Assembly (NCBI GenBank): GCA_964517775.1
Contig: CAZFCP010000008.1
Coordinates: forward strand, 23,369 to 87,368
Source: an uncultured Candidatus Marinamargulisbacteria bacterium
GTDB taxonomy: Bacteria > Margulisbacteria > Marinamargulisbacteria > SXXA01 > JAHFDB01
DNA length: 64,000 nt
Direction of reading: 5' to 3'
Part shown: positions 28,351-37,741 of the stretch, piece by piece
How the letters are laid out: every line of letters starts with the position of its first letter
Position numbering within the stretch: the first letter of the stretch is position 1
The notes under the pieces: generated by a model
Databases searched by the model: none
What the model was told of the DNA's origin: nothing
Seen by the model: the letters and a program-made list of their open reading frames with translations, nothing else
Translations under genes and position numbers: made by a program

Positions 28351-29844
28351 ATGGGTATTTTACGTAGCATAATGCAGTGGCTGTTATGTGTGGTTTTGTT
28401 TGGATACTTTATCCTTTTTGGTTGGGCAACAAATTTGAACTGGGATCTCAACCAGCATGTGGGCATGGTAGATAGTTTTTTGAAAAATGGGAGCTTTTAT
28501 TCCGGGATTACTCATCAGTTTTTTCCTGAATCGGCTTATTTCCCCGGAGTGTCTTTTTTAGGTTATTTTTTTCATTACTTGGGGTTTTATGATATCAGGT
28601 TCCCATTAATTGTTACTGCGTCTTGTTTTGGGATGATCATGATTGCATTGCTTGTGCACTGCGCTTTTATACTTTTTGATGTTCCTAAGTGGCTAACAAC
28701 GACTTTTATTTTAGGCTGGTATAGTTTGGGTGCTTTTGAAGGTTTTGAAGGTTATATTGATTATTTAAAAGAGTTTAAGCCGGATACAGCTTCACTTGTT
28801 TTTGGGATTTTAGCTTTTTTACTTGCGAAGAAAGCTTCTTTTTTTTCTGAACAGAAACAGAGTGAAAAAGAGATGTTCTGGTGGTTTTTATGTGCACTAA
28901 GTTTGTGTTTATCGTTACTTTTTAAGCAGCAAGCTTTAGCCTTTTTTATAGCCTTTTTTTTGAGTGCTTTATTTGACTCTTCCTTATCACTTTCTGTAAG
29001 AAAAAAGCTTATTATTGTTTCGGGATTGTCTTTTTTTATGGCTGTTGCCATTCTTATGCAGATTCCTAATAGTTTTTTTGGAACTTTTTTTGTGATGTCT
29101 AAGCATCCGTTATCTATTTATTGTGGGTTAAAATCTCTGTATGTATTTTTTACTAAGTCCAAAACAATGCTGTATAGCATTCCTTTGCTTTTTCTTGTCA
29201 TTAAAGGAGTTAGAGCTCCTCATTTTTTTGGTGAAAAATCGTGGATTTTTTTATCATGTTCGTGGATGTTTTTTTCATTACTATCTGCTTTTAAAGAAGG
29301 AGGTAATATAGGTAATATTGAAGTGGGGGCTCTTGTATTTATTCCAGCTGTTTTAGGATTGATTTATAAAACTGTTTTTGATTCTCAGACAGAATTTTAT
29401 CATAAAAAACATGTTCAGTTTTTTTTGTTTCTTTTTTTTGGATTACTCCTATCCAGAGTTTTATTTAATACAGATTCAAATGAACAGCATGTATACGGAC
29501 TGTGGAAAAAAATTCAATACAATACGTCTAAAGAAACCGTTACACTAGAATTTCTAAAGCCGTATTCGGGTTCTAAAGCTCTTATTGATGCTGATATTTA
29601 TCCTATAGCTAAGCAGGCAAATCTTTTAGTTATTTCAGATGTTATTACTGCTTTTCACTACCATATAGCGGGTATAAAGCCCGATTATGTTGATCAGGCT
29701 CTTTTACGCAAGGAATTCGATGTTGTTTATGTGTTAAAAGATTATAGGAGAGATGCAATTATAAACAGAACCTTATTAATAGAACATTATTCGCAAATTC
29801 AGACTCCACCGGGTTTTATAGGGTACCTCTGGGAAAAACGTTAA
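28351..29844 (+). CDS. Polytopic membrane protein, GT-C (ArnT/PMT-like) glycosyltransferase candidate
   Basis: GAGGA RBS before ATG 28351; more than 10 TM segments, YFPG, KPD and FKQQ motifs; visibly AT-rich; convergent with the GT2/GtrA operon. Confidence 0.7.
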   Translation: MGILRSIMQWLLCVVLFGYFILFGWATNLNWDLNQHVGMVDSFLKNGSFYSGITHQFFPESAYFPGVSFLGYFFHYLGFYDIRFPLIVTASCFGMIMIALLVHCAFILFDVPKWLTTTFILGWYSLGAFEGFEGYIDYLKEFKPDTASLVFGILAFLLAKKASFFSEQKQSEKEMFWWFLCALSLCLSLLFKQQALAFFIAFFLSALFDSSLSLSVRKKLIIVSGLSFFMAVAILMQIPNSFFGTFFVMSKHPLSIYCGLKSLYVFFTKSKTMLYSIPLLFLVIKGVRAPHFFGEKSWIFLSCSWMFFSLLSAFKEGGNIGNIEVGALVFIPAVLGLIYKTVFDSQTEFYHKKHVQFFLFLFFGLLLSRVLFNTDSNEQHVYGLWKKIQYNTSKETVTLEFLKPYSGSKALIDADIYPIAKQANLLVISDVITAFHYHIAGIKPDYVDQALLRKEFDVVYVLKDYRRDAIINRTLLIEHYSQIQTPPGFIGYLWEKR

Positions 29845-30437
29845 GGTTTCCAGATCGGAATGTTATGCATTTTCGTGCAAATGGCATCGATCTGAAGCCT
29901 ATTTTGGTTCAGGTAGTCTCTGTATACGACGATATCATTCGGTCTTCCCTGAAGCTCAGGAGACACGAGACAGAGCTGAAATCCAGCCTCTTTTAAGCGT
30001 GAAAATGTATCAGGAGTCAGTGGCAGTTTTGTAAAACAATCGACCCACACCCATTTTACTTTCCCTTTTAGGGCAAGTATCGTATCCAGACCTTCATATT
30101 CGGAAAAACGAATGGCCGTATTGGATTCCTGAAAGTGAGTAAGAAGGTGAATAATCATTGGAAATGAAGAATCCAGAAAAAAATAAGAGGTAATCCCGTG
30201 TTTTTTTAAAAGCTCGAGGATAGGGATTTCAATACGTTCACTTTTGATATTTAAAATAATGAGTTTGTGGGTGTAATGGCCAAGAAACTCGTCCAGATCC
30301 TCTCCGTCTTTAAAAGGATCATGTTGCAGGATGAGTTTTCCATCTTTTCCGTCACGAATATCCACTTCAATCCCGTAATGAGACGGTACGGTTTTTAAGG
30401 CCTCAATGGTATTGATTCTGTGCGCGATGTAAAGCAT
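29841..30437 (-). CDS. GDPD/PLC-like phosphodiesterase-fold protein
   Basis: IAHRIN...GIEVDIR...LQHDP catalytic-type motifs of the GDPD/PI-PLC TIM barrel. Confidence 0.7.
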   Translation of the reverse strand: MLYIAHRINTIEALKTVPSHYGIEVDIRDGKDGKLILQHDPFKDGEDLDEFLGHYTHKLIILNIKSERIEIPILELLKKHGITSYFFLDSSFPMIIHLLTHFQESNTAIRFSEYEGLDTILALKGKVKWVWVDCFTKLPLTPDTFSRLKEAGFQLCLVSPELQGRPNDIVVYRDYLNQNRLQIDAICTKMHNIPIWKP

Positions 30438-30439
30438 TC

Positions 30440-31159
30440 TTAATCCTCCAGATGAGAGTCAGACAGTTTTCTTTTTAGAGTCATACTGTAAGACACCGTA
30501 CGCTTAATAAATTTGAAACGGGATTTCAGGCCTGTATTCCAGCTGGATTGCCCGGCAACTCTGGGTGGAAAATGTACAGGAAATCGAAGGATAGTGTGTT
30601 TTTTGACTTTAGCCATCACATAGATATAAAGGTCTAAAGAAAAATCAAAAGGGGGATGTTTAAGGCTTTGGAAAAAGGTTTTGGAAAACAGGGTGGGTTG
30701 CGCGTTAATATCCCAAAGAAATGTTTTAAATAAAAGCGATTCAAAACAGGACATGCCCGTTGTAAAAAGCGTATCAAAAAACGAGCGTCCTTTTCGATTC
30801 CCTTTTACTAAAATGGAGGTGTTGGAGGATCCTGAAAAAAAATCCAATCCTTTAATCACATCATGTGGATCGGTTTGAAGGTCGGCATGAGTCCAGCCTA
30901 AAATCTCACCTGAAGCCGCATATAATCCTTGTAATATCCCATGTCCATATCCCTGATTTTTTTCTACGTGTACCACTTTAATGAAGGCATGTTGTTTACG
31001 GATCTCTTCTAAAAGGATGGCCGACGAATCGGTTGACCCGTTGTTTACTAAAATAACTTCGTAATCAGGTTTGTCTGAAAAGACACGGTGCAGTTTGTCT
31101 GCAAGTGCTTTTAAGTTTCCGGATTCATTATAACAAGGGATGACCAGCGAAAATTTCAT
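30440..31159 (-). CDS. GT2 polyprenol-phosphate glycosyltransferase (DPM/GtrB-like)
   Basis: LVIPCYNE, VNNGSTD, NQGYGHGI, WTHADLQTDP, FPPRVAGQS. Confidence 0.9.
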   Translation of the reverse strand: MKFSLVIPCYNESGNLKALADKLHRVFSDKPDYEVILVNNGSTDSSAILLEEIRKQHAFIKVVHVEKNQGYGHGILQGLYAASGEILGWTHADLQTDPHDVIKGLDFFSGSSNTSILVKGNRKGRSFFDTLFTTGMSCFESLLFKTFLWDINAQPTLFSKTFFQSLKHPPFDFSLDLYIYVMAKVKKHTILRFPVHFPPRVAGQSSWNTGLKSRFKFIKRTVSYSMTLKRKLSDSHLED

Positions 31160-31539
31160 AGGGTTTTCTCCTTAAATACCCAGAATTTTTGACCTAAAAA
31201 ATTAATAACCATGGAGGTTGCCGTGGCGATAACAAAGCCTATCCATTTTGGAGAGGGCACACTATACAAACACAGCTCGTTTACACCGACGTTGACCCAA
31301 AGTGAACACAGATAAAGAAAGAAAAATTTATACAGCCCGGATCGTGTGTGTGGTGCCGACGAAAATGTAAACTGTTTGTTTCCTAAAAAAGCAACACAGG
31401 TTCCTGTTATAAAGGACAGTGCTTTGGCTAAAGCCGTGGTGAGATAGGGATGTGAAAGCGTATACACTAAAAAATCGGCCCCTGTTGCGCAAAGTCCTAT
31501 GATAACAAAACGGGATAACTGCTTCATAAGGTTTTTCAT
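31156..31539 (-). CDS. GtrA-family flippase-like protein
   Basis: 4 TM segments, RFVIIG...NKQFTF...NFLGQKFWVF; ATG 31539 gives an ATGA overlap with the upstream gene. Confidence 0.9.
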   Translation of the reverse strand: MKNLMKQLSRFVIIGLCATGADFLVYTLSHPYLTTALAKALSFITGTCVAFLGNKQFTFSSAPHTRSGLYKFFFLYLCSLWVNVGVNELCLYSVPSPKWIGFVIATATSMVINFLGQKFWVFKEKTL

Positions 31540-33101
31540 GACTGTTTTTTCCGGGAAAAAAAGGCATCCCAATAGCGATAGGTTTCATAGTCTGTTGGTG
31601 TTCCCCAGCAGATATAGTGATCGACCTCAAAAACCTTAACGGTTTTCCCAAGATCTATCAGCATTTGCATGCAGCTGTCCACGTAGTATTCCTGATTAAT
31701 CGTTGTTTTTGTATCGATAAGTCGCTGATACGCCTCAAAAAATAATCCAACGGTTCTAAAATAAAAGGCTCCAACAATCGCATGATCATTTTCAGGACTG
31801 TTAGAAACCGGTGTTTTTACCGATACGGAAAGAGCTGTGTTCTGTTCTGTTGCCTGTACCCATCCATACATATGAGGATTTTTTTTGGAGCTGGGATGAT
31901 GTTTAAACGTGAAAATAATGGCATCTACGGTGTCATCCTGAGTAAGCTCCAGAAACTGTTGAGCTTTGTATCTTAGTCCGTTATCGCAGGCTCCGATAAT
32001 AAGTTTAAAATGGGATGGTAGTCCGGAAAGGCCTTCAGCACAGGTTGTTGCCTGTCCGTTTGTGACGGAATCGAGAAAGGTTATGTCTCCTTTTTGATGA
32101 AGAAACGCGTGAAGAGGCGTGTCTTTAATGGATGACAATGCCACTACCTGTGTCCGTTGTGTTTGAGGCAGTTCGGACAACGCTTGAATCACCATGGGTT
32201 TTTGCTGAACGGGCAGAAGTGGTTTGGATGTCGCATATCCTTCTTTTGCAAATCGTTCTCCTTTACCGGCCATGGGCATAAGTGTAATCGACTCTGATCC
32301 AAGATGAGGTGGCTGAAAATCCTCTTCTGCATTCAAAAAAAAGCGAGACCATACCAAATACTCTTCAAGATCCTGAGGGGTTCCCCATTGAAGCATATGG
32401 TCGATTTCAAAAATCCTTACCTGATACCCCTGCTCAACCAGTTCGTTGAAAGCGAGGCTGACATAAAACTCCCCGTTTGTATGATGGTTTTTTTGTTGTT
32501 GTGCCGTAAAAGCCTTCTTCATAAGTGCGCCGGAACGAAAATAATAGGTGCCGTCTGATGCAAATTCCTCGTTACGGTTTTGGGTAAACGGCTCTTTTTC
32601 TTTGATTTGTTGAAGCCAGAGGTTTTTTTCCTTGATAAAGGCATAATGGGTTGATCCTGCCATATGAGGATGAAATCCTTTATACGCGGTAATGGCTCCA
32701 TCGGCTTTTAGTCTTCGGACTGTGGATAAAAAATCAGCATAATTCCAGGCTTTGGAAAAATCACAATAATTAATGATAATTTCTTCGTCATCCGGAATGG
32801 CATCAAATACCTGTGACACCGCAAAAACAGGCCCAAGTTTATGTGGAGGAATGGATAAAATCGTTGCATGCTGAGCATAGTGCTGAAGCATCTGCCTCAG
32901 AGAGGTTGAACGCAGATGTTCGTCATTACAAATAAAAATAAACCGGGTGTCTTTGGGAAATAAATCAATAATATGCGCAATGATGGGCTTCCCTTCAACC
33001 TGGATTAAGGGTTTGGGATCTGTGTATCCGGCATCAAGAAATCGTTTTCCGATTCCTGACATAGGAATAACAACGGTTACTGCTGTAGATTTTGTCTCCA
33101 T
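31536..33101 (-). CDS. Tandem two-domain nucleotidyltransferase
   Basis: Two NTP-transferase N-terminal motifs: IPMSGIGKRF..AGY..PKPLI and MPMAGKGERF..EGY..SKPLL; each half ends in WGTP. Confidence 0.85.
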   Translation of the reverse strand: METKSTAVTVVIPMSGIGKRFLDAGYTDPKPLIQVEGKPIIAHIIDLFPKDTRFIFICNDEHLRSTSLRQMLQHYAQHATILSIPPHKLGPVFAVSQVFDAIPDDEEIIINYCDFSKAWNYADFLSTVRRLKADGAITAYKGFHPHMAGSTHYAFIKEKNLWLQQIKEKEPFTQNRNEEFASDGTYYFRSGALMKKAFTAQQQKNHHTNGEFYVSLAFNELVEQGYQVRIFEIDHMLQWGTPQDLEEYLVWSRFFLNAEEDFQPPHLGSESITLMPMAGKGERFAKEGYATSKPLLPVQQKPMVIQALSELPQTQRTQVVALSSIKDTPLHAFLHQKGDITFLDSVTNGQATTCAEGLSGLPSHFKLIIGACDNGLRYKAQQFLELTQDDTVDAIIFTFKHHPSSKKNPHMYGWVQATEQNTALSVSVKTPVSNSPENDHAIVGAFYFRTVGLFFEAYQRLIDTKTTINQEYYVDSCMQMLIDLGKTVKVFEVDHYICWGTPTDYETYRYWDAFFSRKKQS

Positions 33102-34129
33102 TTTTCTGCTTCCCAGTGGACAAGATAGTGAAGCTCTTCAGAATCGAGCTCTTGAGGTGATGATGGACTTAATGCAAGTGTCATAAAATGGGCTAGTAGA
33201 ACATCTTCGTTGTCTCGGGCTTTTTTTACGGTCTGGGCAATAGAATAGAGCCTCGACTGAGCTACCACAAAACGAGGCCAAACCTGATGTTTTTGATAAT
33301 ACGCCAGCAGCCCCTGTTTTTCGTGAAGAGGTGTTAAAGTCGGAATCGAAAATCCCCCGTAAATGACCTGATCTGGAAATAACGGAGGCTGAACAAGCCA
33401 TTCCGGATGATCCTGAATATAGGCCAGAATGGTTGCGTTTTGAACTGGCACAACACTCCACCACTGTTGCGTACAGTCATAAAACTCCGTCTGAATACGG
33501 GAGGCTGTATGATGGTCTGAAAGATCAACATTTAAATAAGAGGCACAACGGTCTGTAACCTGATGCTGCAGCGTCATAACCTCCTCAATCGAGTCTCCAG
33601 ATACAATCAGTCCATGATTTTGTAACAGCCCGATCGATGCGGATTTTTTTGAAGAGCTGCATTCCCGTTTGAGGGCTAACCCCAATGGAACCCCAGGCGT
33701 TGCATAGTCAATAGTGAGGCTGTCCGGATATAAATCCAACCAGAGTTCTTTCCAGTTTTTTTGGCAGGCTAACGCTGAAATAACCCAGGGATGACTATGT
33801 AATACTACTTTTCCAAGCAAGGCATGGAGATACACTTCTATGGACGGTTTTACAGGTAAACTATCAAATCCAAGCTGCGTTTTGCCAAAAAGCTCCTGTT
33901 CTGACGCTGAAAGATGATCCGGAATCTGATTCAAAACCTCTGCGATGATTTGGGGATTGACCTCGATCCATCCTTTTTTTTCATCGACTTCTGATAACGA
34001 AAACCCTGAGGCTTTAATCAGCATGACGGTTGGGCTGAGTTTGATGGAGGTATTGCCTCCTCCGGCCTGAGTCCAGTCTAATCGCGTTCCAGCCTGTTTA
34101 GACAGCGTTACAAAGTCCGAAAGACTCAT
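33077..34129 (-). CDS. Class II aldolase/adducin-family protein
   Basis: AGGGNTSIK, KASG, KPSIE, HSHP, LLQNHGLIVSG. Confidence 0.88.
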   Translation of the reverse strand: MSLSDFVTLSKQAGTRLDWTQAGGGNTSIKLSPTVMLIKASGFSLSEVDEKKGWIEVNPQIIAEVLNQIPDHLSASEQELFGKTQLGFDSLPVKPSIEVYLHALLGKVVLHSHPWVISALACQKNWKELWLDLYPDSLTIDYATPGVPLGLALKRECSSSKKSASIGLLQNHGLIVSGDSIEEVMTLQHQVTDRCASYLNVDLSDHHTASRIQTEFYDCTQQWWSVVPVQNATILAYIQDHPEWLVQPPLFPDQVIYGGFSIPTLTPLHEKQGLLAYYQKHQVWPRFVVAQSRLYSIAQTVKKARDNEDVLLAHFMTLALSPSSPQELDSEELHYLVHWEAEKWRQNLQQ

Positions 34130-34776
34130 AATCCCAATCCTTCATAAAGAGGTTCAAATCCTTTTTCAGGCTGAAAATGAAATCCGGTAATTCCCAGATT
34201 TTCCGCGCCTTCCACATCTTTTTTGAGATCGTCTCCAATCATACATACCTCATGAGGGTGAAGCGATACTTTATCCAGGGCAAGCCGAAATGGTGAGGGA
34301 TGCGGTTTATCAAATCCGGCCTCTTCACTTGTTACAAGAAAGGTGATGGCCGTAGAAAGTCCCAATGTTTTGATCTTTCTGAACTGAATATCTGCCACCA
34401 GATCTGTGACGATGACTAATGGAATCTGTTTGTAGTGTAACCGGTTGATGAATGCCATACATCCCGGGAAAAGCACCATGGTGTTTAAAAATGTTTCCCA
34501 ATACAGCTCTGTGGCCTCATACGCAACAAACAATGGTAGGGACAGGGATTCACAAAGCCCCTGGAAATAAAGCAGTCTGTGGTGACTGGCGGCTGTTCCC
34601 TTAAGACGAGTATGTGTTGTATGCCTGCTGATATCATAAGCTGCCTGAAGCGATTCCACAGTATGTTGTGTGTGATGAGACAGCCATGTTAAAGCTGCCG
34701 ACAGCCCTGCCTGATGCGCAGGATCATAGGGGTAAAGTGTATTATCCAAATCACAAAAAACAGCTTTAAACGTCAT
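34126..34776 (-). CDS. HAD-superfamily hydrolase
   Basis: DLDNTLY motif I, VTD, KPHP, MIGDDLKKD. Confidence 0.9.
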   Translation of the reverse strand: MTFKAVFCDLDNTLYPYDPAHQAGLSAALTWLSHHTQHTVESLQAAYDISRHTTHTRLKGTAASHHRLLYFQGLCESLSLPLFVAYEATELYWETFLNTMVLFPGCMAFINRLHYKQIPLVIVTDLVADIQFRKIKTLGLSTAITFLVTSEEAGFDKPHPSPFRLALDKVSLHPHEVCMIGDDLKKDVEGAENLGITGFHFQPEKGFEPLYEGLGL

Positions 34777-36811
34777 GATCCAGCCTTCCTTTTTTTGAGG
34801 CTAACACCATAAGAAAAATGAGCTGTATAAATCCGTAGTAGCCGTCTGCCCAATTGGGTTGGGATGAGAGAAGCTCGTCAGTGTTTGGAATAAATGTTTC
34901 AAAGCAGTAGGATAACAAAGCTGTCGGGATCGGCTGATGAAGTATAATGCTTTGGTTTTTAAGATCATCTTTGTAATCCCATTCTATGGAAATAGAATGA
35001 ATTTCAAGTGTAGCGATAATTTCTTCAAGATGAAGTGTCGTATCACAGGTTATTTCCAGAGACAATGTTCCTTCATTATTTTTTTTGAAAAACCTGATGA
35101 CAAGGTCGGCAAAGTTTTTTTGAGGAGAAATAAACGTTTCGGCATCTGCTTTTCGTGATTTTATCTGATTTAAAATATGATCGTGACTATGACCTCTTTT
35201 ATCCTTGTCTCTATTGATTTTCCAAAATATACGTAATGATTCTTCTGTATCCAGATAAATTTTAATATCTATGTTTTTTCGTAAAATGGGAAGATAAAAC
35301 GGATGAAGTCCGGAAATGATAATAAAATCTTTGGGCATAATCTTTTTAGGAGGATCGAATTTTCCCGTGTGATGGTTGTAATCCGAGCGCCAGACAGGTT
35401 TCCAGTGTTTGAGTGAAATAAGATGGTCGGCCTGACGATGAAGCGCATTGGCCTTGGGATTAAGATGCGTAATATGATTCCAGTGCTGATCATGCCTTTC
35501 CCATTTATGATCCCCATCTCCTTCAATTTTAAGTACAGATTCCCCTAAAATCTTGTGAAGTTCCTGGTTCAGGGTTGTTTTTCCTGTTCCGCTATCTCCG
35601 CCAATGCCAATAATAGTGGCCAGATTTTGTGTGTAAATCGCATTGCTTTTCACCCCATTGGTATAAAGGGCATAGATACACCCGCTTAGACCTATTTGAA
35701 GTGCTGTAAAACAGAGATTTGGCCATTTTTCATCCCCAAAAAACTTCCACATCAGCGGCTGTCTAAGCCATTCCAGATCTACATAATCCGGAATATAAAA
35801 GTGTATAAAAAAGATGAGATAGACAACATTCCAGACTGAAAATAAAAAAATGTATTGAGGATTTTTCTCCTGATGTTTGATGAGAAAATGTACCATCGTT
35901 GGAATAAACCAGACGTACCAGCCGGGAGAGGGTTTGATTAAAAACAGAAAAATGGCAAAGGCTATGCCAACATAGGCATAAAGAAGGTCAAGATTTACTT
36001 TTTTATAGCACCAGAACCGTAGGCAAAGGATGCCCAATAAAAATACAGGCCAGTATAATTTAAGCGATCCTACTGATAAAAACGAGCTGAACAGTTGCAT
36101 TTGTTTGGGGTTCACTAAAACAATATGGTAAAACCCAAAACTGAATAAATAAGGAAGCGTACACAGGATAGGAATCCCTATACTGAAAACCAACGTGTGG
36201 ATGCTTGCCTGCAGCCCGTGTCGTTTGTATAAAAACATAAGAAATAGAGGCACAACCATAATAAGGTGAAATTTTGTGGCAAGCCCAAGGCCTAAAAATA
36301 ATCCGGTTTTTGTCCAGTTTTTTTCATGTAATCCCACTAAACTGCCCATAAAAAATGCCGTGGAAATTAAATCTAGCTGTCCATGTATAAACACAGCGTA
36401 CAAAATAATGGGATTGGCAAAATAGAGGAGGGTTACCAGCGTTTTTTTGCGTGGGAAAATCGACAGTAAGCTCCAAAATATAAAGATGTCTGCAAAAAGA
36501 GAGGGGAGTTTATAACATAAGTTTTCAAAAAGTGGAGCCGAAAATAAAGACGAAATCCAGACAAAGGGCGACAGTATCCACAACATCAAAGGAAAATAAG
36601 GGAAATCAAACAGAAGATGCTGTTGAACCATCTTATCCCAGGGGTTTGTCAGTATGTTTTCTAAAAAAAGCTTAATAAACGGGATAAAAAGCTGATTCTG
36701 GAATGCTGAGGAAAATAAAGTGGCGATACTTATTTTAATAGCAAGAATCACTCCAATCATAAAGTAGAAAGAATATTTTCGTGGAATAGAGATCACCGGC
36801 TTGATTTTCAT
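34766..36811 (-). CDS. Fusion: GT-C (GT87/PIG-M-like) membrane domain plus phosphoribulokinase-like kinase domain
   Basis: N-terminus FPYFP, KLPSLFAD, NPIILY...HGQLD, ATKFH; C-terminus GGDSGTGKT (404-412), NPKAN, YNHHTGKFDPP, GLHP, WKINRD..KRGH. Confidence 0.85.
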   Translation of the reverse strand: MKIKPVISIPRKYSFYFMIGVILAIKISIATLFSSAFQNQLFIPFIKLFLENILTNPWDKMVQQHLLFDFPYFPLMLWILSPFVWISSLFSAPLFENLCYKLPSLFADIFIFWSLLSIFPRKKTLVTLLYFANPIILYAVFIHGQLDLISTAFFMGSLVGLHEKNWTKTGLFLGLGLATKFHLIMVVPLFLMFLYKRHGLQASIHTLVFSIGIPILCTLPYLFSFGFYHIVLVNPKQMQLFSSFLSVGSLKLYWPVFLLGILCLRFWCYKKVNLDLLYAYVGIAFAIFLFLIKPSPGWYVWFIPTMVHFLIKHQEKNPQYIFLFSVWNVVYLIFFIHFYIPDYVDLEWLRQPLMWKFFGDEKWPNLCFTALQIGLSGCIYALYTNGVKSNAIYTQNLATIIGIGGDSGTGKTTLNQELHKILGESVLKIEGDGDHKWERHDQHWNHITHLNPKANALHRQADHLISLKHWKPVWRSDYNHHTGKFDPPKKIMPKDFIIISGLHPFYLPILRKNIDIKIYLDTEESLRIFWKINRDKDKRGHSHDHILNQIKSRKADAETFISPQKNFADLVIRFFKKNNEGTLSLEITCDTTLHLEEIIATLEIHSISIEWDYKDDLKNQSIILHQPIPTALLSYCFETFIPNTDELLSSQPNWADGYYGFIQLIFLMVLASKKGRLDHDV

Positions 36812-36820
36812 GGTAACAGT

Positions 36821-37732
36821 TTAAATCTTTTGAGGAATCATGGCAAAGTCTTTAAATTGTTCAAATTGTTCCTGAAGCTGATCCACTGTTAAGTTTTTGA
36901 GCTGATTTAAGCTAAAGTCTCTTACCGTATGCGATGAGATAAGCGTGCCTGCTACCACAGCTTTACGGAAAGCGTCTTCGTTAAGTTCTTTTGCCTGAGC
37001 CAGGTAGCCTGAAAATCCGCCTGCGAAGCTGTCTCCAGCCCCAGTCGGATCGACCAGCTCTTCCAACGGAAAAGCAGGGCAGGTAAAAAATTCTTTGCCG
37101 TTATACATCACCGAGCCATGTTCGCCTTTTTTAACAATCACGCGTTTCGGCCCCAGCTTCAATACTTCCGCCATTGCCTGAATCACATTATCTATTTTCG
37201 TTAATAATCTGATTTCCTGATCGTTTAAAATCAATACATCCACTAATTTAAGCGTTTCTTTCAAATTGTCACAATGGCTTTCAATCCAATAATTCATACT
37301 GTCCAGTACAATAAGTTGAGGTGAAGAAAACTGTTCAATCGCTTTTTTCTGTAAAACCGGATCAATATTTGCCAGAAAAACGATCTTGCTGTCCTGTGCA
37401 TTTTGAGGCACTTTCGGGTCGAATTGCAGTAGAACATTCAGGTCGGTTTGTACCGTAAAGGCCTGATTCATATCCGCTTTGTAATAGCCTTTCCAGTGAA
37501 ACGTGTCGCCATCCAGTTTTTGAATCCCGTTCACCTGGATGCCTCTGTTTTCAAAGAAATTTAAATGTTCGTTTGGAAAATCTTTTCCCACCACGCTGAT
37601 CAAATGCACTGGCGAAAACAAGCTGGCTGCTGTACCTGCGTAAGAGCCTGACCCTCCTAAAATACGGTCAAACTGGCCTTTTGGGGTTTCTATACTGTCA
37701 AATGCAACGGTTCCGATAATAGCAACGCTCAT
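36821..37732 (-). CDS. PfkB-family carbohydrate kinase
   Basis: GGSGSY, KKGEHG, DPTGAGDSFAGGF. Confidence 0.92.
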   Translation of the reverse strand: MSVAIIGTVAFDSIETPKGQFDRILGGSGSYAGTAASLFSPVHLISVVGKDFPNEHLNFFENRGIQVNGIQKLDGDTFHWKGYYKADMNQAFTVQTDLNVLLQFDPKVPQNAQDSKIVFLANIDPVLQKKAIEQFSSPQLIVLDSMNYWIESHCDNLKETLKLVDVLILNDQEIRLLTKIDNVIQAMAEVLKLGPKRVIVKKGEHGSVMYNGKEFFTCPAFPLEELVDPTGAGDSFAGGFSGYLAQAKELNEDAFRKAVVAGTLISSHTVRDFSLNQLKNLTVDQLQEQFEQFKDFAMIPQKI

Positions 37733-37741
37733 GATAACTCC

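Noticed and set aside
34766-35630. PRK domain as evidence of Calvin-cycle carbon fixation
   Set aside because: It is fused to a membrane GT inside a glycosylation operon; no rbcL, cbb or carboxysome genes in the window.
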